Numbered from the stretch's first letter, positions 8,388-18,428 are shown. The stretch is 54,196 nucleotides of DNA from an uncultured Bacteroidales bacterium (GCA_947165305.1 CAMUZW010000001.1:1-54196), one strand, 5' to 3'. Notes: generated by a model from the sequence alone, not told the origin. A program made the numbers and translations.

Positions 8388-9996
8388 ACGCGCGCGGGAG
8401 GGGGAGCGGGGCGCCTTGCGGTGTCTTCTCCGGCCTGTCGGGATGTTCGGCTTTGTAGCCGGGGGTGTCGACCCAGCAGATCCGGTCGTCGGTAAGGAGG
8501 ACGGCCCGCGTGTAGACGATGTCGGTGTGGGCGTATTCCCGTGATTTCCAACTATAAGAGCTGTCGATGGCATTGACCGGAGGCAGCTCTTCGACTACAT
8601 AGTCGCCGGGGTACATTCCCACGAGGTGGTGGCAGAGGAAGACGCGCACGTTGAGGAGGGCGCGGCCGGAGTTGTTCTCGAGGGCGATGTCGAGCCGCTG
8701 CTTGCCCATGAAGGGCTTCTTGCCCTCGATCCGTAGGTCGATGAGCGGGCTTTCCGGGAAGATGCTGCGGAAGGCGCCGTGGAGCTGCTTGTCGCAGAAT
8801 TCCATATCCGAGAGCAGATAGTCCTTGACGGCCTGGTTGCCCCGGCGGAAGAAGTGGTCATAGATCTCCCGGGCCGCCGCTTCGCGGTTCCCTTCCCGCT
8901 CGTAGGCGAGGGCTTTCTGGAAGTTGGGGCTGAAGGCGCCGTAACCCTCCAGGGTCGCCTTGTACATCTGCTGGAAGAAGAGGCCTTCGTGCGTCTTGGT
9001 AAAGTAGGGGCGGTTGAGATAGGCGTCGAGCATGTCGGTGAGGGCCGCCGCCTGCCGGGGGTATTCGATGGCCGCGTGGTCGAAGCTGGAGAAGGCTTTC
9101 TCGCGGTCGCCGGAGCGGGATGCAAGGATGCCCCTGATCATGAAGGCCGGCGCCGTGCGGGTAGGATAGAGATCGATATACTTTTCCAGCACCTCCTCCG
9201 CCTCGATCTGCACGGCTGGGCCGAAATCGGGCCGCTGCGCCAGCGAGAGGGCTTTGATCAGCAGGCCGTCCCGGTCGTCGGGGTAGGATTCGAGGATCTC
9301 CCCGGCGAGGTTGCAGGCGCTGACGTTGCGTCCGTCATAAACGTCGAGGTAGGCCTGGTCCTTGAGGAGGCAGAGCTTCTCCCATTCTTCTTTGTATTTC
9401 ATCAGGACGGGCCAGCTCTCCTGCAGGGCGGCGGTATATTCCGCGCGGAGCGCGTAGAGTTCCTTACGGTTTTTCTCCTTGATTTTCTGGATTTTGGCGA
9501 AATGGTCGAAGGTGTTGTCGACGGCCGAGACCAGCGAAACGCTCTTCAGGAGGAGGGTGATGTCGGGACTGAGCGTGGTCAGAAGGCCGCTGCCGAGGTC
9601 ATCCAGGGCCTCTTCGGTCGCGGCGACGAGCGACCAGATTCCCTTGAATTTCTCATTTTCCTGCTCCAGCAGGTACATCTTCTGGAGGACGGGGAAGAGC
9701 TTCCGCTCGGCTTCGAGGACGTCCGGGGCCACGTAGCGGTAGTCCTGCCTGGCGAGCATGTCCAGGAACGGACCGAAGTCGCCGGACTGGTTGCGGGCGA
9801 TCTCGATGCCCCGGATGATCCGCATCGTGGCGTCGAGGTTGTAGAGGGTGTCTCCCTGCTGCGCCTCTCCGAGCGCCCGGTAGGCGGGGGCGAAGAGGGG
9901 AATGGGCTCATAGTCTTTGCTGTGGCGGACCTGGTCCATGCAGGATGTCAGGCCGCAGAGCAGGAGGGCGAAGGTCAGTATCCGTTTCATCATCAT
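8380..9996 (-). CDS. Hypothetical lipoprotein with TPR-like helical repeats
   Basis: Lipobox LTSC. Helical repeat patterns such as AGEILESYPDDRDGLLIKALSLA and AFMIRGILASRSGDREKAFSSFDHAA. Confidence 0.7.
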   Translation of the reverse strand: MMMKRILTFALLLCGLTSCMDQVRHSKDYEPIPLFAPAYRALGEAQQGDTLYNLDATMRIIRGIEIARNQSGDFGPFLDMLARQDYRYVAPDVLEAERKLFPVLQKMYLLEQENEKFKGIWSLVAATEEALDDLGSGLLTTLSPDITLLLKSVSLVSAVDNTFDHFAKIQKIKEKNRKELYALRAEYTAALQESWPVLMKYKEEWEKLCLLKDQAYLDVYDGRNVSACNLAGEILESYPDDRDGLLIKALSLAQRPDFGPAVQIEAEEVLEKYIDLYPTRTAPAFMIRGILASRSGDREKAFSSFDHAAIEYPRQAAALTDMLDAYLNRPYFTKTHEGLFFQQMYKATLEGYGAFSPNFQKALAYEREGNREAAAREIYDHFFRRGNQAVKDYLLSDMEFCDKQLHGAFRSIFPESPLIDLRIEGKKPFMGKQRLDIALENNSGRALLNVRVFLCHHLVGMYPGDYVVEELPPVNAIDSSYSWKSREYAHTDIVYTRAVLLTDDRICWVDTPGYKAEHPDRPEKTPQGAPLPLPRALE

Positions 9997-10049
9997 GCTG
10001 CAAATTTCGTAAAAAATATGACAACATCACAGGAAAGGGTGTTGAAAAC

Positions 10050-10080
10050 TTTGTGGATTAAATTTTTTTTGCTAAATTTG
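10050..10080 (+). promoter_or_regulatory. Sigma-A-type Bacteroidetes promoter of rpsL operon
   Basis: TTTG (10050-10053), 19-nt spacer, TAAATTTG (10073-10080). Confidence 0.8.
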
Positions 10081-10131
10081 CAACCCCAAATTTTGGGGCT
10101 TATAACATAAATTATTTATTAACAATTTTTT

Positions 10132-10515
10132 ATGCCTACAATTCAACAGTTAGTTCGCAAAGGCCGCGAGGTGATCGCTTACAAGAGCAAATCCCGCGCG
10201 CTGGATGCTTGCCCTCAGAAGCGTGGCGTATGCCTCAGGGTCTACACGACGACCCCCAAGAAGCCGAATTCCGCGATGCGGAAGGTGGCCCGTGTGAGGC
10301 TGAGCAACACCAAAGAGGTCAATGCCTACATCCCGGGCGAAGGACACAATCTCCAGGAGCACAGCATCGTGCTGGTTCGCGGAGGCCGTGTCAAGGACCT
10401 GCCGGGTGTACGTTACCACATCCTTAGAGGAGCTTTGGATACGGCAGGTGTGGACGGCAGGACCCAGTCCCGTTCGCTCTACGGTGCCAAGAGGCCGAAG
10501 AAATCTAAGAAGTAA
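10132..10515 (+). CDS. rpsL: 30S ribosomal protein S12
   Basis: [12 protein letters not shown]...[13 protein letters not shown]...[11 protein letters not shown]. Confidence 0.99.
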   Translation: MPTIQQLVRKGREVIAYKSKSRALDACPQKRGVCLRVYTTTPKKPNSAMRKVARVRLSNTKEVNAYIPGEGHNLQEHSIVLVRGGRVKDLPGVRYHILRGALDTAGVDGRTQSRSLYGAKRPKKSKK

Positions 10516-10539
10516 TTCACCTATTAATTCTTATCCAAA

Positions 10540-11016
10540 ATGAGAAAAGCGAAGCCAAAAAAGAGGATTCTACTTCCTGATCCTAAGTTTCACGACGCGA
10601 TGGTTACCCGTTTCGTGAACAATCTTATGCTGCAGGGGAAGAAGAGTATCGCGTATTCTATTTTTTACGATGCCATTGACATGGTAGGCGAGAAGATGAA
10701 AGATTCTGAACTGGCTCCATTAGATATTTGGAGGAAGGCGCTCGAGAACGTGACCCCTCAGATCGAGGTCAAGTCACGCCGTATCGGCGGTGCCAACTTC
10801 CAGGTGCCTACGGAACTTCGTCCGGAAAGGAAAATCTCCGTTTCCATGAAGAACATGATCCTGTTCGCCCGCAAGCGTTCGGGTCATTCCATGGCCGAAA
10901 AACTGTGCGCGGAAATTGTTGCAGCGTACAACAACGAAGGTGGTGCATTCAAACGCAAAGAGGATATGCACCGTATGGCAGAGGCCAACAAGGCATTTGC
11001 ACACTTCCGCTTCTAA
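10540..11016 (+). CDS. rpsG: 30S ribosomal protein S7
   Basis: LPDPKF...[15 protein letters not shown]...[15 protein letters not shown]. Confidence 0.99.
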   Translation: MRKAKPKKRILLPDPKFHDAMVTRFVNNLMLQGKKSIAYSIFYDAIDMVGEKMKDSELAPLDIWRKALENVTPQIEVKSRRIGGANFQVPTELRPERKISVSMKNMILFARKRSGHSMAEKLCAEIVAAYNNEGGAFKRKEDMHRMAEANKAFAHFRF

Positions 11017-11034
11017 TACGGAAAAGACTGTCAG

Positions 11035-13158
11035 ATGGCTGCTAGGGATCTGAAATACACGAGGAACATCGGCATCATGGCCCACATCGATGCCGGCAAG
11101 ACGACCACTTCGGAGCGTATCCTGTTCTACACAGGCAAGACCCACAAGATCGGAGAAGTTCACGAGGGTGCCGCTACCATGGACTGGATGGTTCAGGAGC
11201 AGGAGCGTGGCATTACCATTACTTCCGCTGCTACCACCGCATTCTGGCACTATGACGGGAAGGTCTATCAGGTCAACCTGATCGACACTCCCGGCCACGT
11301 GGACTTCACGGTGGAGGTAGAGCGTTCGCTGCGGGTGCTGGACGGCACGATCGCGACATTCTGCGCGGTCGGGCGCGTGCAGCCCCAGTCCGAGACCGTA
11401 TGGCGCCAGGCCGACAAGTATGGTGTACCCAAGATCGCGTATGTCAACAAGATGGACCGCGTCGGTGCGGATTTCCTCGCCTGTGTAGAGGAGATTCACG
11501 ACAAGCTCGGTGCCAATGCGGTGCCGATCTGCATCCCGATCGGGGCTGAGGATGTCTTCGAAGGCATCATCGACCTCATCGACATGAAGGCGATCTACTA
11601 CAACTCCGACGAGGAGCTTGTCAACTACCACTTCGGCGAGATCCCGGCCGAGTACCGGGCTGAGGCCGAGGAGTGGAGAGGCAAGCTGCTGGAAGCCGCC
11701 GCCGAATGCGACGAGGACCTGATGGAGAAGTATTTCGAAGATCCCGAGTCGCTGACGAAGGACGAAATTATCGCGGCGCTCCGCAAGGGTACGATCTCGA
11801 TGAAGATTGTCCCGGCGTGCTGCGGATCTTCGTTCAAGAACAAAGGCGTGCAGTTCCTGCTCGACGCCGTGATGCGTTATCTTCCTTCCCCGCTGGATAA
11901 GGGCGCCGTTACCGGCACCAATACCTGGACGGGCAAGGAGGAGGAGCGCAAACCCGACGCCTCGGAGCCGTTCTGCGCGCTGGTGTTCAAGATCGCGACC
12001 GATCCGTTTGTCGGACGGCTGGCGTTCCTCAGGGCTTATTCGGGCCGGCTGGATGCGGGCAGCTATGTCCATAATTCCCGTACCGGCAAGAATGAGCGGG
12101 TGTCCCGCCTGTATCAGATGCACTCCAACCACCAGAACCCGATTGAGTTCGTGGAGGCCGGAGACATCTGTGCGGCCGTGGGCTTCAAGGATCTCCGCAC
12201 CGGCGACACCGTCTGTGAGGAGTCCCACCCGATTACCCTCGAGTCGATGGAGTTCCCCGATCCGGTTATCGGAATCGCGGTGGAGCCCAAGACGCAGGGT
12301 GACCTGGACAAGCTCGGCATCGCCCTCGCGAAGCTTTCCGAGGAGGACCCGACGTTCACCGTCAAGTCCGATGTCGAGACCGGTCAGACCATTATCAGCG
12401 GCATGGGCGAGCTGCACCTGGATATCATCGTCGACCGGCTTCGCCGGGAATTCGGCGTCGATATCAACCAGGGCGCTCCCCAGGTCAACTACAAGGAAGC
12501 GATTACCGGGACCACCCAGTACCGCGAGGTGTTCAAGAAGCAGACGGGCGGCCGCGGCAAGTTCGCCGACATCATTGTCGAGATCGGACCTGCCGACGAA
12601 GGCGTCAACGGGCTTCAGTTCATCAACGAGGTCAAGGGCGGCAACATCCCGAAGGAATTCATCCCCAGTATCGAGAAGGGCTTCACCTCGGCCATGTCCA
12701 ACGGTGTGCTCGCCGGATACGAGGTGCAGTCCCTGAAGGTGAAGGTGATCGACGGATCCTTCCATCCGGTGGATTCCGACCAGCTCAGCTTCGAGATCGC
12801 GGGCCGTCTGGCGTTCCGCCACGCCTGCCCGAAGTGCAAGCCGGTGCTCCTGGAGCCCATCATGTCCCTCGAGGTCGTTACCCCGGAGGATTACATGGGC
12901 GACATCGTAGGCGACCTCAACCGCCGCCGCGGCCAGATCGTTGCGATGGATTCGACCACCAACGGTGCCCGGATCGTCAAGGCGTTCGTGCCGCTTGCCG
13001 AGCAGTTCGGCTATGTGACAGTACTCCGTACACTTTCATCGGGCCGTGCGACCAGCACGATGACGTTCGACCACTACAGCGAGCTGCCTCCGGCACTCGC
13101 CAAGGATGTGATCGAGAAGAGCGGCTATTCGCACAGGTCCTTTGATGATGAAGATTAG
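11035..13158 (+). CDS. fusA: Elongation factor G
   Basis: [37 protein letters not shown]. Confidence 0.99.
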   Translation: MAARDLKYTRNIGIMAHIDAGKTTTSERILFYTGKTHKIGEVHEGAATMDWMVQEQERGITITSAATTAFWHYDGKVYQVNLIDTPGHVDFTVEVERSLRVLDGTIATFCAVGRVQPQSETVWRQADKYGVPKIAYVNKMDRVGADFLACVEEIHDKLGANAVPICIPIGAEDVFEGIIDLIDMKAIYYNSDEELVNYHFGEIPAEYRAEAEEWRGKLLEAAAECDEDLMEKYFEDPESLTKDEIIAALRKGTISMKIVPACCGSSFKNKGVQFLLDAVMRYLPSPLDKGAVTGTNTWTGKEEERKPDASEPFCALVFKIATDPFVGRLAFLRAYSGRLDAGSYVHNSRTGKNERVSRLYQMHSNHQNPIEFVEAGDICAAVGFKDLRTGDTVCEESHPITLESMEFPDPVIGIAVEPKTQGDLDKLGIALAKLSEEDPTFTVKSDVETGQTIISGMGELHLDIIVDRLRREFGVDINQGAPQVNYKEAITGTTQYREVFKKQTGGRGKFADIIVEIGPADEGVNGLQFINEVKGGNIPKEFIPSIEKGFTSAMSNGVLAGYEVQSLKVKVIDGSFHPVDSDQLSFEIAGRLAFRHACPKCKPVLLEPIMSLEVVTPEDYMGDIVGDLNRRRGQIVAMDSTTNGARIVKAFVPLAEQFGYVTVLRTLSSGRATSTMTFDHYSELPPALAKDVIEKSGYSHRSFDDED

Positions 13159-13184
13159 TAAGTAAATTAAAAAATGTTAGCTAT

Positions 13185-13490
13185 ATGAGCCAGAAAATCA
13201 GAATCAAACTCAAATCGTTCGATCATATGCTCGTGGACAAGTCCGCGTCCAAGATCGTTGACACGGTGAAGGCTACAGGTGCAAAGGTCAATGGTCCCAT
13301 TCCTCTTCCCACCAACAAGAAGATCTTCACTGTCAACCGCTCGACCTTCGTCAACAAGAAGGCCCGCGAGCAGTTTGAGCTCGACTCCTATTGCCGTCTT
13401 CTCGACATCGACGACTCCAACGCGAAGACCGTCGATGCACTGATGAAGCTCGAGCTTCCTTCGGGAGTTGAGGTCGAGATCAAGGTCTGA
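13185..13490 (+). CDS. rpsJ: 30S ribosomal protein S10
   Basis: [11 protein letters not shown]...GPIPLPT...REQFE...[11 protein letters not shown]. Confidence 0.99.
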   Translation: MSQKIRIKLKSFDHMLVDKSASKIVDTVKATGAKVNGPIPLPTNKKIFTVNRSTFVNKKAREQFELDSYCRLLDIDDSNAKTVDALMKLELPSGVEVEIKV

Positions 13491-13516
13491 GGACGGTAAC
13501 GTCCCCCGGCACCGTT

Positions 13517-13558
13517 AAGGCGATGGCATGGCTTTGCTTTTTGGCCATCGCCTTTTTT
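13517..13558 (+). terminator. Intrinsic terminator-like hairpin after rpsJ
   Basis: aaggcgatggc (13517-13527) pairs with gccatcgcctt (13544-13554), followed by a T run. Confidence 0.65.
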
Positions 13559-13560
13559 CG

Positions 13561-13633
<73 letters not shown>

Positions 13634-13634
13634 C

Positions 13635-13667
13635 AAAAAGGACAGTCACGTTGTGGCTGTCTTTTTT
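13635..13667 (+). terminator. Intrinsic terminator after the tRNA
   Basis: aaaaaggacagtcac-gtt-gtggctgtctttttt hairpin with A and T tracts. Confidence 0.75.
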
Positions 13668-13868
13668 GCGGTCCCAAGCAAAGCTTGTTATACGGGGAAC
13701 CCATTTCCCCGAAACCCCTTTCGGCCGATGGCCGGGCGGCAGAAGCCGCCTTTTGCGTGGTCCCTGTAGCCTTCGGCTACATATACTGGGGGCCGGATCC
13801 CCCAGACCCCCTGGGTCGCTTTGCTCCGAATGGCCCTCGTACATTTGCCCGCCGCCTTTTTGCGTGGT
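13661..13868. repeat. Two diverged tandem structured repeat units plus start of a third (REP-like)
   Basis: Unit pattern CTTTT-GCG(TG)GTCCC-hairpin-TATAC-G/C hairpin-ACCCC-hairpin. gccgcctttt(t)gcgtggt occurs at 13745-13761 and 13851-13868. Confidence 0.65.
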
Positions 13869-13915
13869 TTCGGCAATTTCTGGCTGGGATGCGTTGTTTT
13901 CCGGAAAAATAATCC

Positions 13916-13923
13916 TAATTTTG
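13916..13923 (+). promoter_or_regulatory. -7 promoter element for the ABC transporter gene
   Basis: TAATTTTG, 26 nt before ATG 13950. Confidence 0.6.
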
Positions 13924-13949
13924 TAGGAATATCGTTCTTTCGGAAGGGA

Positions 13950-16778
13950 ATGCTTAACGACACCATCATATCCGGACTCGTCAACCTGTTTGCGCTGGTT
14001 GGCGCGCGGAACGGTGTCGATGAGCACAGCTCCGAAATCCTCCTGCGGAATTATCTGTCCCGTCAGGCCGGTATCCGGGGCACGGAGGAATTCGTTTCGC
14101 TCTATCGCGACCTGCGCGGCGTGTACAGCCTCGACGATAGTCTCGACAAGACCCGGATCGTCGCCGGCATCTGCGACAATGTCCGCGGCAGCATCCCCGC
14201 CGGCGAACTCTCGCTGCTTCTTCTCCGTCTTATGGAATTCGCCCGGGTCGACGACAAGGATATCTTCCCCCAGATGGCGGAAGATTTCGGCGTACCGGAG
14301 ACCACGCTGCAGGATTTCCGCGATTTCGTAGACGGGAATGTGACGGCGCGGGTGCTGATGCAACAGTTCCCCGGCTACGACGGTGCCGTTAAGACACTCT
14401 GGATCGCGGACAGAAGCACCCTGGTATTCTCTTATCTGGGCCAGGAGGAAGTCCTTTTCAACGATGTTCCCCTTCTGAGGGACTCTTTCCAGATCTGGGC
14501 GAAGAGCAGCGTGATGAAGAGCCATCACGGCGTTCCGCTCCATTTCTCCACCGTCTACCGTCCGTATGAGGACGTCACGTCCAGCCGCGTCGTATTCAGC
14601 GGCAGGAACCTCGAGTTCCGCTATCCGGGCAGCGACAACGGTCTCCACAACATGACCTTTTCCGTCCGCGGGGGCGAGCTGGTCGCCATCATGGGCGGCA
14701 GCGGCGTGGGTAAATCCACCCTCATGTCCATTCTGGACGGCTCCGTCAAGCCCGACAGCGGCACCCTCGACATCAACGGCCGGCCCCTCGGCAGCGCAGA
14801 GGCGAAATCCCTGCTCGGCTTCGTTCCTCAGGACGACCTGCTCATCGAGGACCTGACCGTCTTTGAGAACCTCTATTTCACGGCGAAATTCTGCTTCGAC
14901 GGCCTCTCCGAGGAAGAACTCCGGGAAAAGGTGATGGCCGTCCTGCACAACCTCGAACTCGATTTCGCCCGGGACCTCAAAGTCGGTTCCCCGCTCAACA
15001 AAACGATTTCCGGCGGCCAGCGCAAGCGCCTCAATATCGCTCTCGAACTCATCCGCCAGCCTTCCGTCCTTCTGCTCGACGAGCCGACCTCCGGCCTTTC
15101 TTCGGCCGATTCGGAGCGCGTGATGGGTCTCCTCCGGGAGCAGGCTGACGCCGGATGCCTTGTCATCGCCAACATCCACCAGCCTTCGAGCGACATCTAC
15201 AAGATGTTCGATCGCCTCTGGGTGCTCGACACCGGCGGTTATCCGGTCTATGACGGCAATCCCATCGACGCCATTACCTGGTTCAAGCGGGCCGCCAATT
15301 ACGCCGACCCCGAGACCAGCACCTGCCCGGTCTGCGGCAATGTCAACCCGGAAATCGTACTGAATATTATCGATGAGAAGACCATCGATGCGACCGGTCA
15401 CGTGGGATCTTCCCGCAAGGTGACTCCGCAGCAGTGGCATGAGAAGTACACCAAAGCTGCCGGCCATGCGCCTTCCGTCGAGGAAATGGCCCCTCTTCCG
15501 GTATCCAGCCAGAAGAAGCCCGGCGCCTTCAAACAGTTCTGCATCTACCTGTGGCGCAACATCAAGGCCAAGCTCACCAACGTCCAGTACGTTGCGATTA
15601 CCCTGCTCGAGGCACCCGTCCTGGCGCTCATCTGCGCCTGGCTTACGCGCTATGCCCCTCCGTCCGGCTACACCCTGATGGACAACAAAAACCTTGTCCA
15701 GTACATCTTTATGGCCGTCATCGTGGCGGTATTCCTGGGGATGAGCACCAGCGCGGAAGAAATCATCCGCGACAAGGCCTTCCTCAAGCGGGAGAAATTC
15801 CTCAGCCTGAGCTATCACAGCTATATCTGGAGTAAACTTGCCTATACGGCGATGGTCTCCCTCGTCCAGACCGTCCTCTTCATCCTCGTCGGGAATGCGG
15901 TCATCGGGCTTCACGGGATGTTCTTCGTCTGGTGGGCCGTGCTGTTTGCCATCGCGGTGGTTTCGAACCTGATCGGCCTGCTGCTTTCGCAGAACCTCAA
16001 TTCCGTCGTATCCATCTATATCAGCATACCGCTGCTGCTTGTCCCCCAGATCCTTCTGTGCGGACTCGTGGTCGATTTCTCCGACCTTGACAGCGACAGC
16101 AAGACCGGCAACGTGCCGGTCATCGGCGACGTGATTCCTTCCCGCTGGGCTTTCGAAGCCCTTGCGGTGGGAACCTTCCAGTACAACCGCTACGAACGGC
16201 CGTGGTTCGATCTCGACCGGGAGCGCTACGAAGCCCTTTACTGGAATGACATCGTCCTCGAAGATTTCAAGGGCATGCTCGAAAGCGGTTCGGAAGAGGA
16301 CCGGAGGCTCGTCGAAAGAACGCTTCCCCGCATCTGTGAGACCGCCGGTGTCCCTTACGAAGGCAATCCTTCGGAGGCCGTCACGGCCGCCAGCGCGGCC
16401 TTTGCCGGTGTCTGCAACAGCGCGACCCTCGAAAAGGACCGGCTGGTACGGGATGCCGTTGCCGACCGGGGGATGGAGGCGATGGTAAGCCGCAAGCAGG
16501 ATAATTACAACATCCGTCTCGAGGAGCTCCTCACGGGGGCCTCCGAGCCGGTGCCGTATGCCGTCGTCGGCGGAAGCCTGGTCCCGAAGACCGGAGCCGT
16601 CTTCCTGACGCCGCCGTCGAAAAACGGCCGGGCGCCGTTCTACAGCAGCATCAAGGTTATCGGCGGCGCCAGGGTGCCGACCTTGCTGTATAACCTGTGC
16701 ATCCTCCTTTTAATGGGAATCGTACTCATGATATTCTTACTTATAAACATAAAATCAATTAAACCAAAAGCCAAATGA
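13950..16778 (+). CDS. ABCG/White-type fused ABC transporter (N-terminal extra domains, NBD, ABC-2 membrane domain)
   Basis: Walker A GGSGVGKST, VPQDD Q-loop, ISGGQRKR signature, LLDEPTSGL, IHQPS, and about six C-terminal hydrophobic helices. Start reassigned to MLNDT. Confidence 0.9.
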   Translation: MLNDTIISGLVNLFALVGARNGVDEHSSEILLRNYLSRQAGIRGTEEFVSLYRDLRGVYSLDDSLDKTRIVAGICDNVRGSIPAGELSLLLLRLMEFARVDDKDIFPQMAEDFGVPETTLQDFRDFVDGNVTARVLMQQFPGYDGAVKTLWIADRSTLVFSYLGQEEVLFNDVPLLRDSFQIWAKSSVMKSHHGVPLHFSTVYRPYEDVTSSRVVFSGRNLEFRYPGSDNGLHNMTFSVRGGELVAIMGGSGVGKSTLMSILDGSVKPDSGTLDINGRPLGSAEAKSLLGFVPQDDLLIEDLTVFENLYFTAKFCFDGLSEEELREKVMAVLHNLELDFARDLKVGSPLNKTISGGQRKRLNIALELIRQPSVLLLDEPTSGLSSADSERVMGLLREQADAGCLVIANIHQPSSDIYKMFDRLWVLDTGGYPVYDGNPIDAITWFKRAANYADPETSTCPVCGNVNPEIVLNIIDEKTIDATGHVGSSRKVTPQQWHEKYTKAAGHAPSVEEMAPLPVSSQKKPGAFKQFCIYLWRNIKAKLTNVQYVAITLLEAPVLALICAWLTRYAPPSGYTLMDNKNLVQYIFMAVIVAVFLGMSTSAEEIIRDKAFLKREKFLSLSYHSYIWSKLAYTAMVSLVQTVLFILVGNAVIGLHGMFFVWWAVLFAIAVVSNLIGLLLSQNLNSVVSIYISIPLLLVPQILLCGLVVDFSDLDSDSKTGNVPVIGDVIPSRWAFEALAVGTFQYNRYERPWFDLDRERYEALYWNDIVLEDFKGMLESGSEEDRRLVERTLPRICETAGVPYEGNPSEAVTAASAAFAGVCNSATLEKDRLVRDAVADRGMEAMVSRKQDNYNIRLEELLTGASEPVPYAVVGGSLVPKTGAVFLTPPSKNGRAPFYSSIKVIGGARVPTLLYNLCILLLMGIVLMIFLLINIKSIKPKAK

Positions 16779-17566
16779 AAAAGTTAGCTATTGCCCTTGC
16801 AATCTGCCTTGCAGTCACTTCCTGCTTCAACAGGCAGAAATCCAAGAACGAAGAGCCCGCCAAATCCGAAGCCGAACTGATGGCAGAGGCCGTGGTGAAG
16901 ATCCAGCTCGACTCCATTGCGGAGGAAATCGGTAAGCTTCAGCCAGTGGGTCTTGTCGAAGGCATCAAGAACGGCGAGGTTATCCTCACCGACAGCGAAA
17001 AAGCCGTCAAGCCCGACTATCTCGCTGATCCTGCCTATGCCAAGAACCTCCAGACCCTTGCGCAGAAGTATCGCGCCGTCGCGATCCTCGGTGTGGATTC
17101 GGAAGTCGCCAAACTCTACGACATGCCGACCGCCGACTACGACGCCGCGCTCAAGAAACTCTATGCAGACATCAACGATCCTGCCATCAAGGAGTTCAAT
17201 GAAAGCAAGACCCTCCAGGTCGCCCTCGAGAAATGCTACGATACCGCCAAGGCCAACAAGCGCGAGTATTTCTTCTGGGAGGCCGCTACCGCCGCCCTTG
17301 TGGAGCAGGCTTACATCGCTTCGAGGAATATCGACAAGTTCATCGTCGCCTTCGACGACAAGAGCGCTTCCGATTTCTCCTACAACGTGATCCTCCTCAC
17401 CGCCGCCATCGACAGGCTCGCCTCGCTCAATGCTGAGTATGTGAAGCTCAACGAGAGCCTCAAGCCGCTTTACAAGATCAACGCGCTCAATCTTGACGAG
17501 TTCCGCGCACAGCTCGAGTCCGTCAAGGACGAGCTCGTTCCCGCCCGTCAGGCCCTGATGGAGTAG
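16775..17566 (+). CDS. Hypothetical alpha-helical lipoprotein coupled to the ABC transporter
   Basis: Lipobox VTSC. Short overlap with the upstream stop codon. Confidence 0.75.
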   Translation: MKKLAIALAICLAVTSCFNRQKSKNEEPAKSEAELMAEAVVKIQLDSIAEEIGKLQPVGLVEGIKNGEVILTDSEKAVKPDYLADPAYAKNLQTLAQKYRAVAILGVDSEVAKLYDMPTADYDAALKKLYADINDPAIKEFNESKTLQVALEKCYDTAKANKREYFFWEAATAALVEQAYIASRNIDKFIVAFDDKSASDFSYNVILLTAAIDRLASLNAEYVKLNESLKPLYKINALNLDEFRAQLESVKDELVPARQALME

Positions 17567-17587
17567 TATCGGACCCCTCTGATAAAG

Positions 17588-17619
17588 AGCAGGACCCACG
17601 TTTGTGGATCCTGTTTTTT
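17588..17619 (+). terminator. Intrinsic terminator
   Basis: caggacccac-gttt-gtggatcctg (one mismatch) followed by T6. Confidence 0.65.
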
Positions 17620-17630
17620 GTTGTCCGGGT

Positions 17631-18428
17631 TTACAGAAGGATGGTGGCGACCTTCTCGGCGGGGCCGGTGAGGGTGACGTCCTCGAAGTGTCCGGCGCAA
17701 GGTGTGAAGGCGACGGAAAGGTCGTGGCGGCGGGCGTGGACCAGAATTTCATGCCGGCCCGGTGCCGGATCCGCGGAGAGATATGTGGCGATGGCAGAGG
17801 CGGTGATGCCGGTGCCGCAGGCGAGGGTTTCGCCCTCGACGCCCTTCTCGAAGGTCCGTACGGCGATTTCTTCCGGTCCGGTGCGCTCGACGAAATTGAC
17901 ATTGACGCCGACGGGACCGAATTCCGGCAGATGCCGGATGGTGCTGCCGAGGTGTTCCACATCGACGGCCGCGACGGCGGGTACGAAAGTGACGAAATGC
18001 CGCGTGCCGGTGTCGATGAACCAGCCGTCCCGTGCGGGATAGAACTCCGTGACGGGCTTCATGCCGAGCCGGACGGTCTTGACGGGTCCGTCATCCGACA
18101 GCAGGAAGGCCGTATGCGGGCCGTCGGGAGCCAGGAAATGATAACTTCTGTCAGCGCCCGGAGCGATGCCGAGATCCTTGGCAAAAGCGACGATGCAGCG
18201 TCCGCCGTTGCCGCACATCATACCGCCGGATCCGTCCGGATTGAAGAATTCCATCCGGAAGTCATACCCGTCCGCCCGGGAGAGTGTCATCAGGCCGTCC
18301 GAGCCGATGCCGAGATGGCGGTCGCAGAGGGAGGCTACCTGTTCCGGCGTGAAGACGGTGCCGTCTTCACGCGCATCGTACAGCAGGAAGTCATTTCCTG
18401 CGCCGTGATATTTGCAGAATTTCATCAT
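17631..18428 (-). CDS. dapF: Diaminopimelate epimerase
   Basis: KYHGAGNDF, NPDGS..MCGNGGRC, RTFEKGVEGETLACGTG (both catalytic Cys motifs). Start reassigned to MMKFCK. Confidence 0.95.
   Translation of the reverse strand: MMKFCKYHGAGNDFLLYDAREDGTVFTPEQVASLCDRHLGIGSDGLMTLSRADGYDFRMEFFNPDGSGGMMCGNGGRCIVAFAKDLGIAPGADRSYHFLAPDGPHTAFLLSDDGPVKTVRLGMKPVTEFYPARDGWFIDTGTRHFVTFVPAVAAVDVEHLGSTIRHLPEFGPVGVNVNFVERTGPEEIAVRTFEKGVEGETLACGTGITASAIATYLSADPAPGRHEILVHARRHDLSVAFTPCAGHFEDVTLTGPAEKVATILL

Noticed and set aside
10774-12822. Long antisense ORFs (also 13593..15914, 31881..34145, 34500..36518, 43344..45440, 45299..47185)
   Set aside because: Shadow frames opposite well-supported genes, expected from high GC3, with no recognisable motifs.
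10132-13158. Missing tuf after fusA; streptomycin-resistance changes in S12
   Set aside because: tuf is normally elsewhere in Bacteroidetes, and the S12 PKKPNSA and RVKDLPG motifs are wild type.
13661-13868. CRISPR array
   Set aside because: Only 2-3 short imperfect repeats, the intervening segments are structurally related to each other, and there are no cas genes.
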